A stretch of 64,000 nt of DNA. Source: a virus (lineage: Duplodnaviria > Caudoviricetes). Shown here one piece after another: positions 28,341 to 37,734 of the stretch. Where the stretch lies: the IMG/VR virus record IMGVR_UViG_3300043394_000609; one strand, given 5' to 3'. Position numbers and translations under genes: made by a program. Under the pieces are notes generated by a model. That model was not told the DNA's origin. It made no database searches and was given only the letters and a program-made list of their open reading frames with translations. Within the stretch, counting starts at the first letter, position 1. Each line of letters begins with the position of its first letter.

Positions 28341-29561
28341 ATGTCTAAAATAAGAATATTAGCTATCCCGTCGGATAACCACGGTGTTGGGAAGTATAGA
28401 ATACTTGACCCATATAAATTTATCGGTAATAACTTTTCAGATGAGGTCCATACAGATATTGTATTCGACTTAGAAGATAAAGATGAAGTCTTTAACAATT
28501 ATGATATTGTTGTGTTTCATAGCTTTATCCATAAAGCACCCGCAGAAAGAAATCTAGAAAGAATCAAATGGTTAAAATCCAAAGGTATTAAAACCATAAT
28601 GGATATTGATGATTTCTGGTCTGTTGATCAGAGACACCCAATGTATAACCAAATTAAAGCAAGTAAAACACCAGAGAATAAAGTTGAATTTATGCGTAAT
28701 GTGGATTACGTTACATGTACAACCCCGTACTTTGCGGATATCATTAAACAACGTCTAGGGTTAAAAAATGTACATGTTTTCCCAAATGCTATTGATGAAA
28801 ATGAAACTCAGTTTAAACCAAACCCAATAAAATCTGATCTTGTTAGATTTGGTTGGTTAGGCGGTTCTTCACACTTCCATGATTTGGATTTAATGACGTC
28901 TGGTATTGCTTCAACACTTAACCAATATAAAGACAAAACTCAATTTGTTTTATGTGGTTTTGACTTAAGAGGTACAGTAACAGAAACAAACAGACAAACT
29001 GGTGAAACTAGAAAACGCCCAATTAGACCTGAAGAAACTGTGTGGTCTCAATATGAAAAAATATTTACAAACAATTATAAATCAGTGAGTTCTGAATATA
29101 CTAAAGAACTTTTAGCATATAAACAAGATATGGTCCTTGATTTAAATCAACCATACGTACGAAGATGGACTGAAGAAATTAATAGATATGCTAGTAATTA
29201 CAATTATTTTGATGTATCTTTGGCACCGTTAGTTGATACATTTTTCAATGGGTGTAAATCTCAATTGAAAATTATTGAAGCTGGATTTCATAAAAAAGCA
29301 ATTATTGCGAGTGAAACTAGCCCATATAATATCGATTTAATTAGCGCGGTGGACCAAGGTACTTTTAATTCTAACGGTAACTCCTTATTAGTTGGTACTA
29401 AAAAGAATCATAAAGATTGGGCTAAACACATGAAACGTCTAATTGACAATCCTAATATGATTGAAGATTTAGGTAATCGTTTATATGAAAGCGTTAAAGA
29501 CAAATATTCTTTAAAGAATGTTTCTACTGACAGAGTACAATTTTTTAAAACAATTTTATAA
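28341..29561 (+). CDS. Glycosyltransferase (GT-B, GT4-like)
   Basis: 'GVGKYR', 'MDIDD', 'GWLGGSSH' and 'SLAPL....FN..KS.LK.IEAG' patterns. Confidence 0.85.
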   Translation: MSKIRILAIPSDNHGVGKYRILDPYKFIGNNFSDEVHTDIVFDLEDKDEVFNNYDIVVFHSFIHKAPAERNLERIKWLKSKGIKTIMDIDDFWSVDQRHPMYNQIKASKTPENKVEFMRNVDYVTCTTPYFADIIKQRLGLKNVHVFPNAIDENETQFKPNPIKSDLVRFGWLGGSSHFHDLDLMTSGIASTLNQYKDKTQFVLCGFDLRGTVTETNRQTGETRKRPIRPEETVWSQYEKIFTNNYKSVSSEYTKELLAYKQDMVLDLNQPYVRRWTEEINRYASNYNYFDVSLAPLVDTFFNGCKSQLKIIEAGFHKKAIIASETSPYNIDLISAVDQGTFNSNGNSLLVGTKKNHKDWAKHMKRLIDNPNMIEDLGNRLYESVKDKYSLKNVSTDRVQFFKTIL

Positions 29562-29577
29562 CAAAAAAACAAAAATT

Positions 29578-29808
29578 ATGCATTACTTAGTTACAATTGG
29601 TTACGAAACCGAACAAATGGACAGAGAAGGAAACGCACGTCTTAAAAAGGTGAAATACATCATCGAGGCTGAAACTGTTGAAGAAGCAACAATTGTTGCC
29701 GCAAAATATCGCGCAGGTGATATGAGAACTAGTGAAAGTATCGCCATTTCAAAAATGCCGATCGAGTGTATCATTGATAAACAGAATACCCCAGAATATT
29801 ACAAGTAA
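29578..29808 (+). CDS. DUF4494-like small protein
   Basis: 'Y.....G...KK...Y..EA.T..EA' resembles the Bacteroidota DUF4494 family; likely start at ATG 29578. Confidence 0.5.
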   Translation: MHYLVTIGYETEQMDREGNARLKKVKYIIEAETVEEATIVAAKYRAGDMRTSESIAISKMPIECIIDKQNTPEYYK

Positions 29809-29814
29809 CAATTA

Positions 29815-30423
29815 ATGATCTCTAAGGAAAAGATAGAAAAAAATAAAACTAAATTTTTTGAAACAAACGAGAGATACCAAATATTCACTAATGAATTGAT
29901 TGAGTTTCTGGGGGAAGAATATTTTCTTGCCCCGGCATCTCCTTCACTAGATTTGTACGGTGCTTATCCTGGTGGCCTTTTAGATCACACATTAAAAGTT
30001 TGTAAATATTCTTTGAACGTTAACGAAACCTTACCAGAATGTATCAGGTTAGAAAACAGTAAAATTTTAAAAACTGTTTTTTTATCACAGATTGGTAAGG
30101 TTTTTTTATTTAAGTTTAATGAAAGTGAATGGCACAGAACCAACCTGGGGAAAATATACGCATATCGTGATGAAGATATGGTGGCATTAAGAGTTGGTGA
30201 AAGAAGTGCATATTACGCAATGAAATACGGTTGTAAATTAGATGAAGAAGAATACCAAGCAATTATCAATGTCGATAAAGATTCAGAAGATAAAATGGCA
30301 AAATGGCATTCGTCTATTTTAGGACAAATAATAAAACATGGTTTTGAATTAGCATTAATTGATGAAAAATATGGAAAGAAGCGAAAAACTACAACAGTTA
30401 CTACAACAACTGAAAACATTTGA
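29815..30423 (+). CDS. HD-superfamily-like protein with a degenerate HD motif
   Basis: APAS....GAYPGGLLDHTL.V is typical, but FLSQIGK stands where LLHDIGK is expected. Confidence 0.65.
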   Translation: MISKEKIEKNKTKFFETNERYQIFTNELIEFLGEEYFLAPASPSLDLYGAYPGGLLDHTLKVCKYSLNVNETLPECIRLENSKILKTVFLSQIGKVFLFKFNESEWHRTNLGKIYAYRDEDMVALRVGERSAYYAMKYGCKLDEEEYQAIINVDKDSEDKMAKWHSSILGQIIKHGFELALIDEKYGKKRKTTTVTTTTENI

Positions 30424-30988
30424 TACTCTTTTATCACAAACTGACGGTGATGAAATAAGTGAAGATTTAACCCTTAAAATAAACTCAACATTAGAAGAAC
30501 TTAATTACGAAATCGTAAGTGCTCAAAGCGATGAAATACAAAGTTTAAAAGTTAAATTTATTAATAAGTCAAAAAACATTGATCCCGCATTTGCATATGA
30601 AGGTGATAGTGGATTTGACTTAAGAGCTGACTTAGATTCATCCGTCACAATAAAACCATTTGAAAGATTTTTAGTTCCAACTGGATTGTTTTTTGAATTA
30701 CAAAAGGGTACTGAAATCCAAGTTAGACCTAGAAGTGGTTTAGCAATTAAACACGGTATTACGGTATTAAATTCACCGGGGACTGTAGATAGTCATTATC
30801 GTGGAGAAGTGAAAGTGCCATTAATAAATTTAGGTAACGAACCTTTTACAATTGAACCAGGTGATAGAATTGCACAAGCTGTTGTTATGCCGGTATTTGG
30901 TGAAGGTAAAATTAAATTAATTCAAACCGAATCATTAAATGAAACAGTGAGAGGTGAAGGTGGGTTTAATTCTAGTGGGGTTAAATAA
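30371..30988 (+). CDS. dut: Trimeric dUTPase with N-terminal helical extension
   Basis: All five motifs present: SGFDL, RPRSG, GTVDSHYRGE, RIAQ and RGEGGFNSSG. Confidence 0.95.
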   Translation: MERSEKLQQLLQQLKTFDTLLSQTDGDEISEDLTLKINSTLEELNYEIVSAQSDEIQSLKVKFINKSKNIDPAFAYEGDSGFDLRADLDSSVTIKPFERFLVPTGLFFELQKGTEIQVRPRSGLAIKHGITVLNSPGTVDSHYRGEVKVPLINLGNEPFTIEPGDRIAQAVVMPVFGEGKIKLIQTESLNETVRGEGGFNSSGVK

Positions 30989-31020
30989 ATAAAAAATAAA
31001 ATAAATTAAAAGACAATATT

Positions 31021-31758
31021 TTGGCTACATCAAAACCTAAATCAAGAAGAGAATCTAGTAATAACACACCATTACCAGAAGAACGTAAAATACCACATAA
31101 ACAAAGAATTCGTGAGTTGATCAAAAAACCTAAAGAAAAATTCTTAACGACGAATCAAGAGACTTATTGGAATATATTAGGAAATAATCAAATCACATTA
31201 TGTTTTGGCCCGGCAGGTGTTGGTAAATCATATATTGCAATGAAAAGAGCGGTAGATTTATTACATGATGACTCCAACAAATATGAGAAAATCATTATTG
31301 TTAGACCAGCAGTAGAAGCCGAAGAAAAACTTGGATCATTACCCGGTGGTTTAGAAGAAAAATTAGACCCATATATCTACCCTTCTTATTATCTTTTAAA
31401 TAAGATAATCGGTAAAGATGCTAGAGAAAAATTAAAAGACGAAGGATATATTGAAGTTGCGGCATTGGCTTACATGAGAGGGTGGAATGTTGACAACACA
31501 ATTTTAGTATTTGAGGAAGCACAAAATGCCACACCAGCGCAAATTAAGTTATTACTTACGCGTATTGGTTATAACTCAAAATTCTTTATTTCAGGTGATT
31601 TAGAACAATCAGATAAGTTTAAAGACAAAACCAAATCTGGTCTGTATGACGCCAAGAAACGTCTAAGCGATGTAAGAGGGATTGGTATATTTGAATTTGG
31701 AAATGAAGACATTGTTAGAAACCCTATTATTTCTGAAATATTGACTAGATACGAATAG
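31021..31758 (+). CDS. phoH: PhoH-family ATPase
   Basis: GPAGVGKS, RPAVE..E.LG.LPG, YMRG, EEAQN, LLTRIG, GDLEQSD and DIVRNP; TTG start. Confidence 0.95.
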   Translation: MATSKPKSRRESSNNTPLPEERKIPHKQRIRELIKKPKEKFLTTNQETYWNILGNNQITLCFGPAGVGKSYIAMKRAVDLLHDDSNKYEKIIIVRPAVEAEEKLGSLPGGLEEKLDPYIYPSYYLLNKIIGKDAREKLKDEGYIEVAALAYMRGWNVDNTILVFEEAQNATPAQIKLLLTRIGYNSKFFISGDLEQSDKFKDKTKSGLYDAKKRLSDVRGIGIFEFGNEDIVRNPIISEILTRYE

Positions 31759-31800
31759 AATTACTTTACTTTAATCGATTAAAGCCCTATCTTTTGAATT

Positions 31801-32385
31801 ATGAACATATATATTTCAATCGATGGGGTTTTACGTAATTTTGTAAATCGATTTCATTATCACTATGAACAAGCATATATTGATGTTGAAGAAAGTGAAA
31901 GTGATTTTGAATATAAAGTTATTGAACCAATAACAAACTTAAATATTGATGACCATTTTGTTTTCCAATCTAAGGATGAACAAGACTACTTCAGGTACAT
32001 CGAATACCCAATGGAACTATACGGACATTCTCCGGTAAGTTATAGTGGTGTTAATAATGAATTAAATAAATTCATTTTTGAAAATAAAGACCATACTATC
32101 ACATTAGTTGGTGTTGACGAATTAGGTAAATCGATACCTTCAACTTTCTTCTTCTTATCTAGGAACGCATTTATTTGTAACAACGTTAAATTTATTTTAA
32201 CTGAAGACTTAGAAAAAGTATGGGATAATGTTGACGTTTGGATATCTGATTCTAAGCACATCATGGAATCTACCCCGGAAGGTAAGAAGCACATTCTTTT
32301 TGAAACACCTTACAATCAATTCTTTACTAGTGAAAATAAAATAACTAAATTAAATGAAATCAATCTAAATGGCGAAAATATTTAA
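31801..32385 (+). CDS. 5'(3')-deoxyribonucleotidase-like HAD protein, nucleophile Asp replaced
   Basis: ISIDGVLRN in place of IDxDGVL; C-terminal 'LF..PYN' typical of the NT5C-like family. Confidence 0.6.
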   Translation: MNIYISIDGVLRNFVNRFHYHYEQAYIDVEESESDFEYKVIEPITNLNIDDHFVFQSKDEQDYFRYIEYPMELYGHSPVSYSGVNNELNKFIFENKDHTITLVGVDELGKSIPSTFFFLSRNAFICNNVKFILTEDLEKVWDNVDVWISDSKHIMESTPEGKKHILFETPYNQFFTSENKITKLNEINLNGENI

Positions 32386-32650
32386 CGAATCATACTATGT
32401 GGATCTTGATTCAATTGTCGATGTGTGTAATATGAATTTAAACACCAAAGATGAAGATGGGAATGATGTTTTAGAACTTAATGTTTTTAAATACGAACTA
32501 ATAAAAATGATGTTAGAAAGAGTCATTAATGATTATGATGATTCTGAAGAAGATGATGATATTTTTTCTAAAGATATGTCAGCATCTAAATCATTTAACT
32601 TGGCGTTTAATACGTTAGTTCAATACGAAATAATAAAAGAAATTAAATAA
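32369..32650 (+). CDS. Hypothetical acidic protein
   Basis: Open ORF overlapping the upstream gene within the operon. Confidence 0.6.
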   Translation: MAKIFNESYYVDLDSIVDVCNMNLNTKDEDGNDVLELNVFKYELIKMMLERVINDYDDSEEDDDIFSKDMSASKSFNLAFNTLVQYEIIKEIK

Positions 32651-32654
32651 TATA

Positions 32655-33743
32655 ATGAGCGAAAAATTAAAGAACATTGAAAAATTACAAGACGCGTTAT
32701 CTAGAATCGAATCTAATGAAAACGTGATCTACTTTTTGTGTTATGACACAAAAGGGAATGCTAGAGCGGCGGTTAAACATATCTATGATATGGCTCTTAC
32801 ATTAAAAGAAAACGGTATGAATGCCAAAATTCTTGTTGAAAGCAAGACATATGGTGGTGTTGATGCTTGGTTAGATGAAAAATATAATGTATTACCTGTT
32901 GTTTCAATTAAAGATGATCAAATTGAAATGAAAATCGATGATGTCTTAGTTGTACCAGAAAACTATTCTAACGTACTAGAACAATTAGCGACGGTAAGAT
33001 GTGTTAAGGTTATGTTGGTACAACAAAAAGAATATATGTTTGAAACATTATCTATTGGATCAAGATGGAGCGACTTTGGTTTTGACAAAGCAATCACAAC
33101 GACTGAAACTGCTAAAAAATATATTGCAGAATATTTTCCAGAATCATTGGTTTATATCATCCCACCAATCATTGAAGATAACTTCACGAAAATTGATGGG
33201 CCAGCAAAACCATTTATTGCTATTAGTTCTAGAGACAGGGTTAAACATAGAAAATTAATTTCGGAATTTTACTTAAAATACCCACAATTAAGATGGATTA
33301 CTTTTAAAGATATGATTCAAATGTCACAATCTGATTTTGCGGATGCGTTAAAAGAATGTTTTGTTTCTGTTTGGATGGATGATGAAAGTACATTTGGTAC
33401 ATTCCCTTTAGAATCTATGAAATGTGATGTGCCAGTTGTTGGTAAAATCCCAACGACAGAACCTGATTGGTTATCTGATAATGGTATGTGGACATATGAT
33501 GAAAACAAATTAGTTGAATTGTTAGGAACATTTTGTTTAGCTTGGCTAGAAGGTGCTGAATTAGATGCGGACGTGAAAGATAAAATGCGTAATACTTTAT
33601 TACCATATCAAACAGATATCACAAAAAACAATATTATTAATGTGTTTAATTCATTCAATTTTAAAAGAAAAGAATCAATTGTTTCTGCACTAGAGAAATT
33701 TAATAAACCATTAGAAGAAGAAATTAAAACAACAGAAGAATAA
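32655..33743 (+). CDS. Glycosyltransferase (GT-B)
   Basis: 'DVLVVPE' and 'ESTFGTFPLESMKC..PVVG' (E-x7-E-like GT-B signature). Confidence 0.75.
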   Translation: MSEKLKNIEKLQDALSRIESNENVIYFLCYDTKGNARAAVKHIYDMALTLKENGMNAKILVESKTYGGVDAWLDEKYNVLPVVSIKDDQIEMKIDDVLVVPENYSNVLEQLATVRCVKVMLVQQKEYMFETLSIGSRWSDFGFDKAITTTETAKKYIAEYFPESLVYIIPPIIEDNFTKIDGPAKPFIAISSRDRVKHRKLISEFYLKYPQLRWITFKDMIQMSQSDFADALKECFVSVWMDDESTFGTFPLESMKCDVPVVGKIPTTEPDWLSDNGMWTYDENKLVELLGTFCLAWLEGAELDADVKDKMRNTLLPYQTDITKNNIINVFNSFNFKRKESIVSALEKFNKPLEEEIKTTEE

Positions 33744-34528
33744 TGAAAAATATAACAGTAATATTACCAGTACATAAATTAGACGACGATTATAAATTAA
33801 TGATCGAAAATGCAATTTCATCCGTTAAGGAATTCCATAATGATGTGAAATTATTAATTGTGGCACCAAACAAATTGAAAAAACAATTTGACGATATGGA
33901 ATTTGGTCAAAAATTGGAGATTAAGTTTGAGTACCACAATACAGATTCTAACTTCTGTAACCAAATTAATGTTGGTTTAGAAAAAGTTGATACTGAATGG
34001 TTCTCAATTTTAGAAGTTGATGACGAATATAAACCAACATGGGTTAAACATATGACTCAATATATTGAAAACAACAAAGATGTTGATGTGTTTTTACCAA
34101 TTGTTAAAGATATCGACAATCAAGGTGCGTTTGCTAGTTTCACAAATGAATCAGTTTGGGCATACGGGTTTACAGATAAACAAGGTTTACTAGATAATGA
34201 AACACTTTTAGAGTATCAAAATTACCAAATTAGCGGTGGGTTATATAGAACTAAAACAATTAAAGAAAACGGTGGTTTAAAAGATAATATTAAATTGACG
34301 TTTGGTTATGAGTTTTTATTACGTTTAACACACAATGCGGTTAAAATTATGGCGATTCCTAGAATTGGTTATATTCACGTAAATTTTAGAGAAGATTCTC
34401 TTTTCTGGTCATACAAAAATGATGACAAAAATAAACTTTCGGAAAATGAAGTTAAATTTTGGATGGAGACAGCTAAGAAAGAATTTTTCTACACTAATAA
34501 GAGAGATATTGTAGTAACCGATAATTAA
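33743..34528 (+). CDS. Glycosyltransferase family 2 (GT-A)
   Basis: N-terminal ITVILPVH, 'AISSV', 'N.GL....TEW...LEVDD' and 'YEFLLRL'. Confidence 0.8.
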   Translation: MKNITVILPVHKLDDDYKLMIENAISSVKEFHNDVKLLIVAPNKLKKQFDDMEFGQKLEIKFEYHNTDSNFCNQINVGLEKVDTEWFSILEVDDEYKPTWVKHMTQYIENNKDVDVFLPIVKDIDNQGAFASFTNESVWAYGFTDKQGLLDNETLLEYQNYQISGGLYRTKTIKENGGLKDNIKLTFGYEFLLRLTHNAVKIMAIPRIGYIHVNFREDSLFWSYKNDDKNKLSENEVKFWMETAKKEFFYTNKRDIVVTDN

Positions 34529-35226
34529 TGCCAAGAAAACGTACCCAAAAAGTTTATTTTGGGGAAGATCAAGAAAAGGCGGTAGTCAGATACCTAGAAA
34601 GTACTGATGATGCAGAAAAAAACAAGATATTCAATGAGTATTTAAGAGATCCCCTAGTTATAATGGTTGAAAGTATCATTAGACGTTATAAGTTATATAG
34701 AAAAGATTTTGAGTTTGAAGATTTACATACTGACACAATGTCTTTTCTAATAACAAAAATTAGCAAGTTCGATCACACAAAAAATCACAAAGCGTATTCT
34801 TACTTTGGTACCATCTGTAAAAATTACTTAATGGGGGCCATTCAAAAGGACCATAAGGAACAAAACAGAAGTGTATCATATGAAGACATATCTGAAGATT
34901 TAGAATCTAGAGCGGATCTATCATATACTATAGATGAATACCATGTTGATTATGGTCAGATAATTCAAAAGTTAAGTACACGTTTAGAAGAGTTTGTTGA
35001 AAATGAAGATTTAACAGACAACGAAAAAAAATTAGGTTACGCACTATTAGAGATCTTTGGTAATTTTGACCACATATTCCAAATTGGTGATGGTAATAAA
35101 TTTAACAAAAATTTGATCTTATTATCATTACGTGAAATGACTTCATTATCAACCAAAGAGATTAGAATATCATTAAAGAAATATAAAAATCTTTACGATG
35201 GTATATTGGTTGGATTTTTAGAGTAA
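34528..35226 (+). CDS. Phage sigma-factor-like protein (T4 gp55-like late sigma)
   Basis: Region-2-like segment 'KISKFDHTKNHKAYSYFGTICKNYL' resembles gp55-family 'F...K....AFSYF..I..N'. Confidence 0.7.
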   Translation: MPRKRTQKVYFGEDQEKAVVRYLESTDDAEKNKIFNEYLRDPLVIMVESIIRRYKLYRKDFEFEDLHTDTMSFLITKISKFDHTKNHKAYSYFGTICKNYLMGAIQKDHKEQNRSVSYEDISEDLESRADLSYTIDEYHVDYGQIIQKLSTRLEEFVENEDLTDNEKKLGYALLEIFGNFDHIFQIGDGNKFNKNLILLSLREMTSLSTKEIRISLKKYKNLYDGILVGFLE

Positions 35227-35240
35227 GTCTATTTATTAGT

Positions 35241-35615
35241 ATGAGAACACCTAGGAAAAATATAGCGCTAGATACCGAATCGGCATTGGCGCTAATGCAA
35301 GAAATCTACAATGATATTGTGGAACAGAAGAATACTGCAACCTTAATCATGAAAAAGATGCTTTCATTTATGAAAGAATCTGAGGATATGTCAGTAATAG
35401 GACCCGTAATTAAGGAACAACAAAAGATCCTTAATGAATGTACAGAAAAGAAAATTTCATTAGTGAAAATCCAAAACACTTTAATTCAAAAAGGCGCTTC
35501 GGATGGTAATAAATTTAGCCCAGGTAAAATGACATTAACCGATGAAGATAGAGATCTTTTAGATAAACTAGTTGGTGGTGTCGATGATAATAAAGGGGAA
35601 AAATATTCACTATAA
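35241..35615 (+). CDS. Hypothetical helical late protein
   Basis: Late motif 3 nt upstream of the ATG; coiled-coil-like sequence. Confidence 0.6.
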   Translation: MRTPRKNIALDTESALALMQEIYNDIVEQKNTATLIMKKMLSFMKESEDMSVIGPVIKEQQKILNECTEKKISLVKIQNTLIQKGASDGNKFSPGKMTLTDEDRDLLDKLVGGVDDNKGEKYSL

Positions 35616-37534
35616 TGAGCACTTTAAGAGAGAAAGAAGATAAAGTCAAAAGTAAGTTTAATTCAATTAAAGATAATGTAATTGAGAAAAAAGACACTTA
35701 CGAAAAAAAGTTTACCAAAGGTAAAGACAAAGTAGCTAAGTTTAATGATAAATTAAAAGAGCTAGATAGTTCTATGGATGACGTCCAAAAGCAACTAGGT
35801 ACAACTTTAGATGGCTACGCTTCTGATCTTAAAAACAAATTGCCAAACCCAAGCAACATGTTTGAGAAATTGGCAACCAACTTAAAAGATATCTTACCAC
35901 CAAGTAAAGATGGTAAAGAAAGTGTTTTAAGAAAACATACTAGAACCGCAATCCACAAAACGACGGATCAAATCAAACCAATTGTTATTTCACATATACA
36001 AGATTTATTTTTCACTGGTGACATTGATACATCGTGTGGTGCGGATACATTACTTAAAAATGACACATTTACAATTAAACCAAGTGAATTTGATTTTTTA
36101 AATGTTTTAAAAACAGATCCACAAAGTGGGCTCGGTAAAATACTATACGAAAATACCGTGGTTGATGAAAAGATTAAAATGAACCGTGGGTTCTATGATG
36201 CGTTTTCATCTGAATTCACTTTTACTGGATTAGATGAAACACAATTATTCAAATTAAATTGGAATAGTGCTCAACAACATTATACAATTAGTGGTTTACA
36301 AGGAAATGGTACAGTAACTGTTGATGGTTTCATTAAGTCATATTTTGAATCAATTGAAATGCCAAAAATAGCGGACATAATGAAAAATACGTTTGCTAAT
36401 ATTGTTCCTGTTGGTGGTATTAATTCAACAAATGGGTCTTATGACGGTAATTTAAATATTCTTAATAGAGTTGTTGAAAGCATAATGGGTGACTGTGGGA
36501 CTCCAGCACCAAATTTAAATCAAAATGCAGTTAATCAATTTAATGAAAATGATATTGATCCATTGATATTTTTTGATTTTGATGGTTTGGAAGGGATTTA
36601 TTTAGATGATGATAAATTCAGATTTGATAAAGTAATGAAATTTTCTGATTGTAATAATTACATGATGCCGGTAGATCAAACTATTGTTGAAGATTTTGCT
36701 TTCTTATCAAGCACAAAAACAAACATTACGGATTTATATGATAGTGCAATTGCTAAAATAGCTAAAGACGCCGCAAATAAAAATGGGTCGATTCCGTTTC
36801 CACAATTTGCCGCTAATTTAGATTTCAATTCATTATTAGGGTTACCTAAAGCATTATTAGCATCGATCTTTTCACCTAAGATTTTTTTCCCATTTGTTGT
36901 GTTATGGAAAATGTTTAAATCCGGTTCAGTCAACTTGGTTTTAAGTATTAAAACATTAATGAGAAATATTGCGAAAACTTTAGTTAAAATTTTAAAAGAA
37001 ATATTCAATTTCTTCATGACAACTTTTTGGATATTAGTTAAACCAGAAATCGCAAAAATACTAAAAGATTTGGTTACTAAAATCATGAAGAAATCTAAAC
37101 AAAAATATGTTAAAATAGTTAAGATATTAATTGATCTTTTAACGGCATTAATACCATTTATTGGTATTGGATGTTGTGATGAACTCTATGATGCCATAAT
37201 TGCGTTATTTAATCAGTTAAATGTTGGGTTTCAAGGTAAAATACCTGGTTTGTTATTATTAATGGCAGATAAGTTACCAGGTTTTAGTGAAACAAGAGCA
37301 GATATTGAAATTGACCAAGAATTAAGAAGCCGAGGTATTAATACGGGAGATCAATTTGGTCAACCATCAAATGTAAAGGATTTCTTTAGTGGTATTGTTT
37401 CTGGACATAGTAAGGAATTCTTTGCAAATACAAAAATAAACATCGCGATGAAACCATCGGTAATACCAGTTGCACCATTAGGTGGGTCTGGGGTACTATC
37501 GCCGGCTAATCAAGGTGTTGGTATTATACAATAA
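35615..37534 (+). CDS. Large hypothetical protein with hydrophobic helices (probable virion/baseplate)
   Basis: 639 aa; coiled-coil N-terminus and hydrophobic amphipathic region around aa 405-555; upstream of the spike gene. Confidence 0.5.
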   Translation: MSTLREKEDKVKSKFNSIKDNVIEKKDTYEKKFTKGKDKVAKFNDKLKELDSSMDDVQKQLGTTLDGYASDLKNKLPNPSNMFEKLATNLKDILPPSKDGKESVLRKHTRTAIHKTTDQIKPIVISHIQDLFFTGDIDTSCGADTLLKNDTFTIKPSEFDFLNVLKTDPQSGLGKILYENTVVDEKIKMNRGFYDAFSSEFTFTGLDETQLFKLNWNSAQQHYTISGLQGNGTVTVDGFIKSYFESIEMPKIADIMKNTFANIVPVGGINSTNGSYDGNLNILNRVVESIMGDCGTPAPNLNQNAVNQFNENDIDPLIFFDFDGLEGIYLDDDKFRFDKVMKFSDCNNYMMPVDQTIVEDFAFLSSTKTNITDLYDSAIAKIAKDAANKNGSIPFPQFAANLDFNSLLGLPKALLASIFSPKIFFPFVVLWKMFKSGSVNLVLSIKTLMRNIAKTLVKILKEIFNFFMTTFWILVKPEIAKILKDLVTKIMKKSKQKYVKIVKILIDLLTALIPFIGIGCCDELYDAIIALFNQLNVGFQGKIPGLLLLMADKLPGFSETRADIEIDQELRSRGINTGDQFGQPSNVKDFFSGIVSGHSKEFFANTKINIAMKPSVIPVAPLGGSGVLSPANQGVGIIQ

Positions 37535-37536
37535 CA

Positions 37537-37734
37537 ATGGAGAAAGAAGAAATTATTGATTTATCAAATAATCCACAAGACGCGTCAAATAAAAAACTTA
37601 TTGATGCTAGGGATACTTTAATTGAGGAGTTTAATAACACCAAAGATATTATCATTAATCTAACCAGACATTTAGATGGTGTTGAATCATTATATAATAA
37701 AATCAATAACGAAATAGAAAAAAGAGTTAAATAA
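37537..37734 (+). CDS. Small coiled-coil protein
   Basis: 65 aa; its stop overlaps the start of the spike gene. Confidence 0.6.
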   Translation: MEKEEIIDLSNNPQDASNKKLIDARDTLIEEFNNTKDIIINLTRHLDGVESLYNKINNEIEKRVK

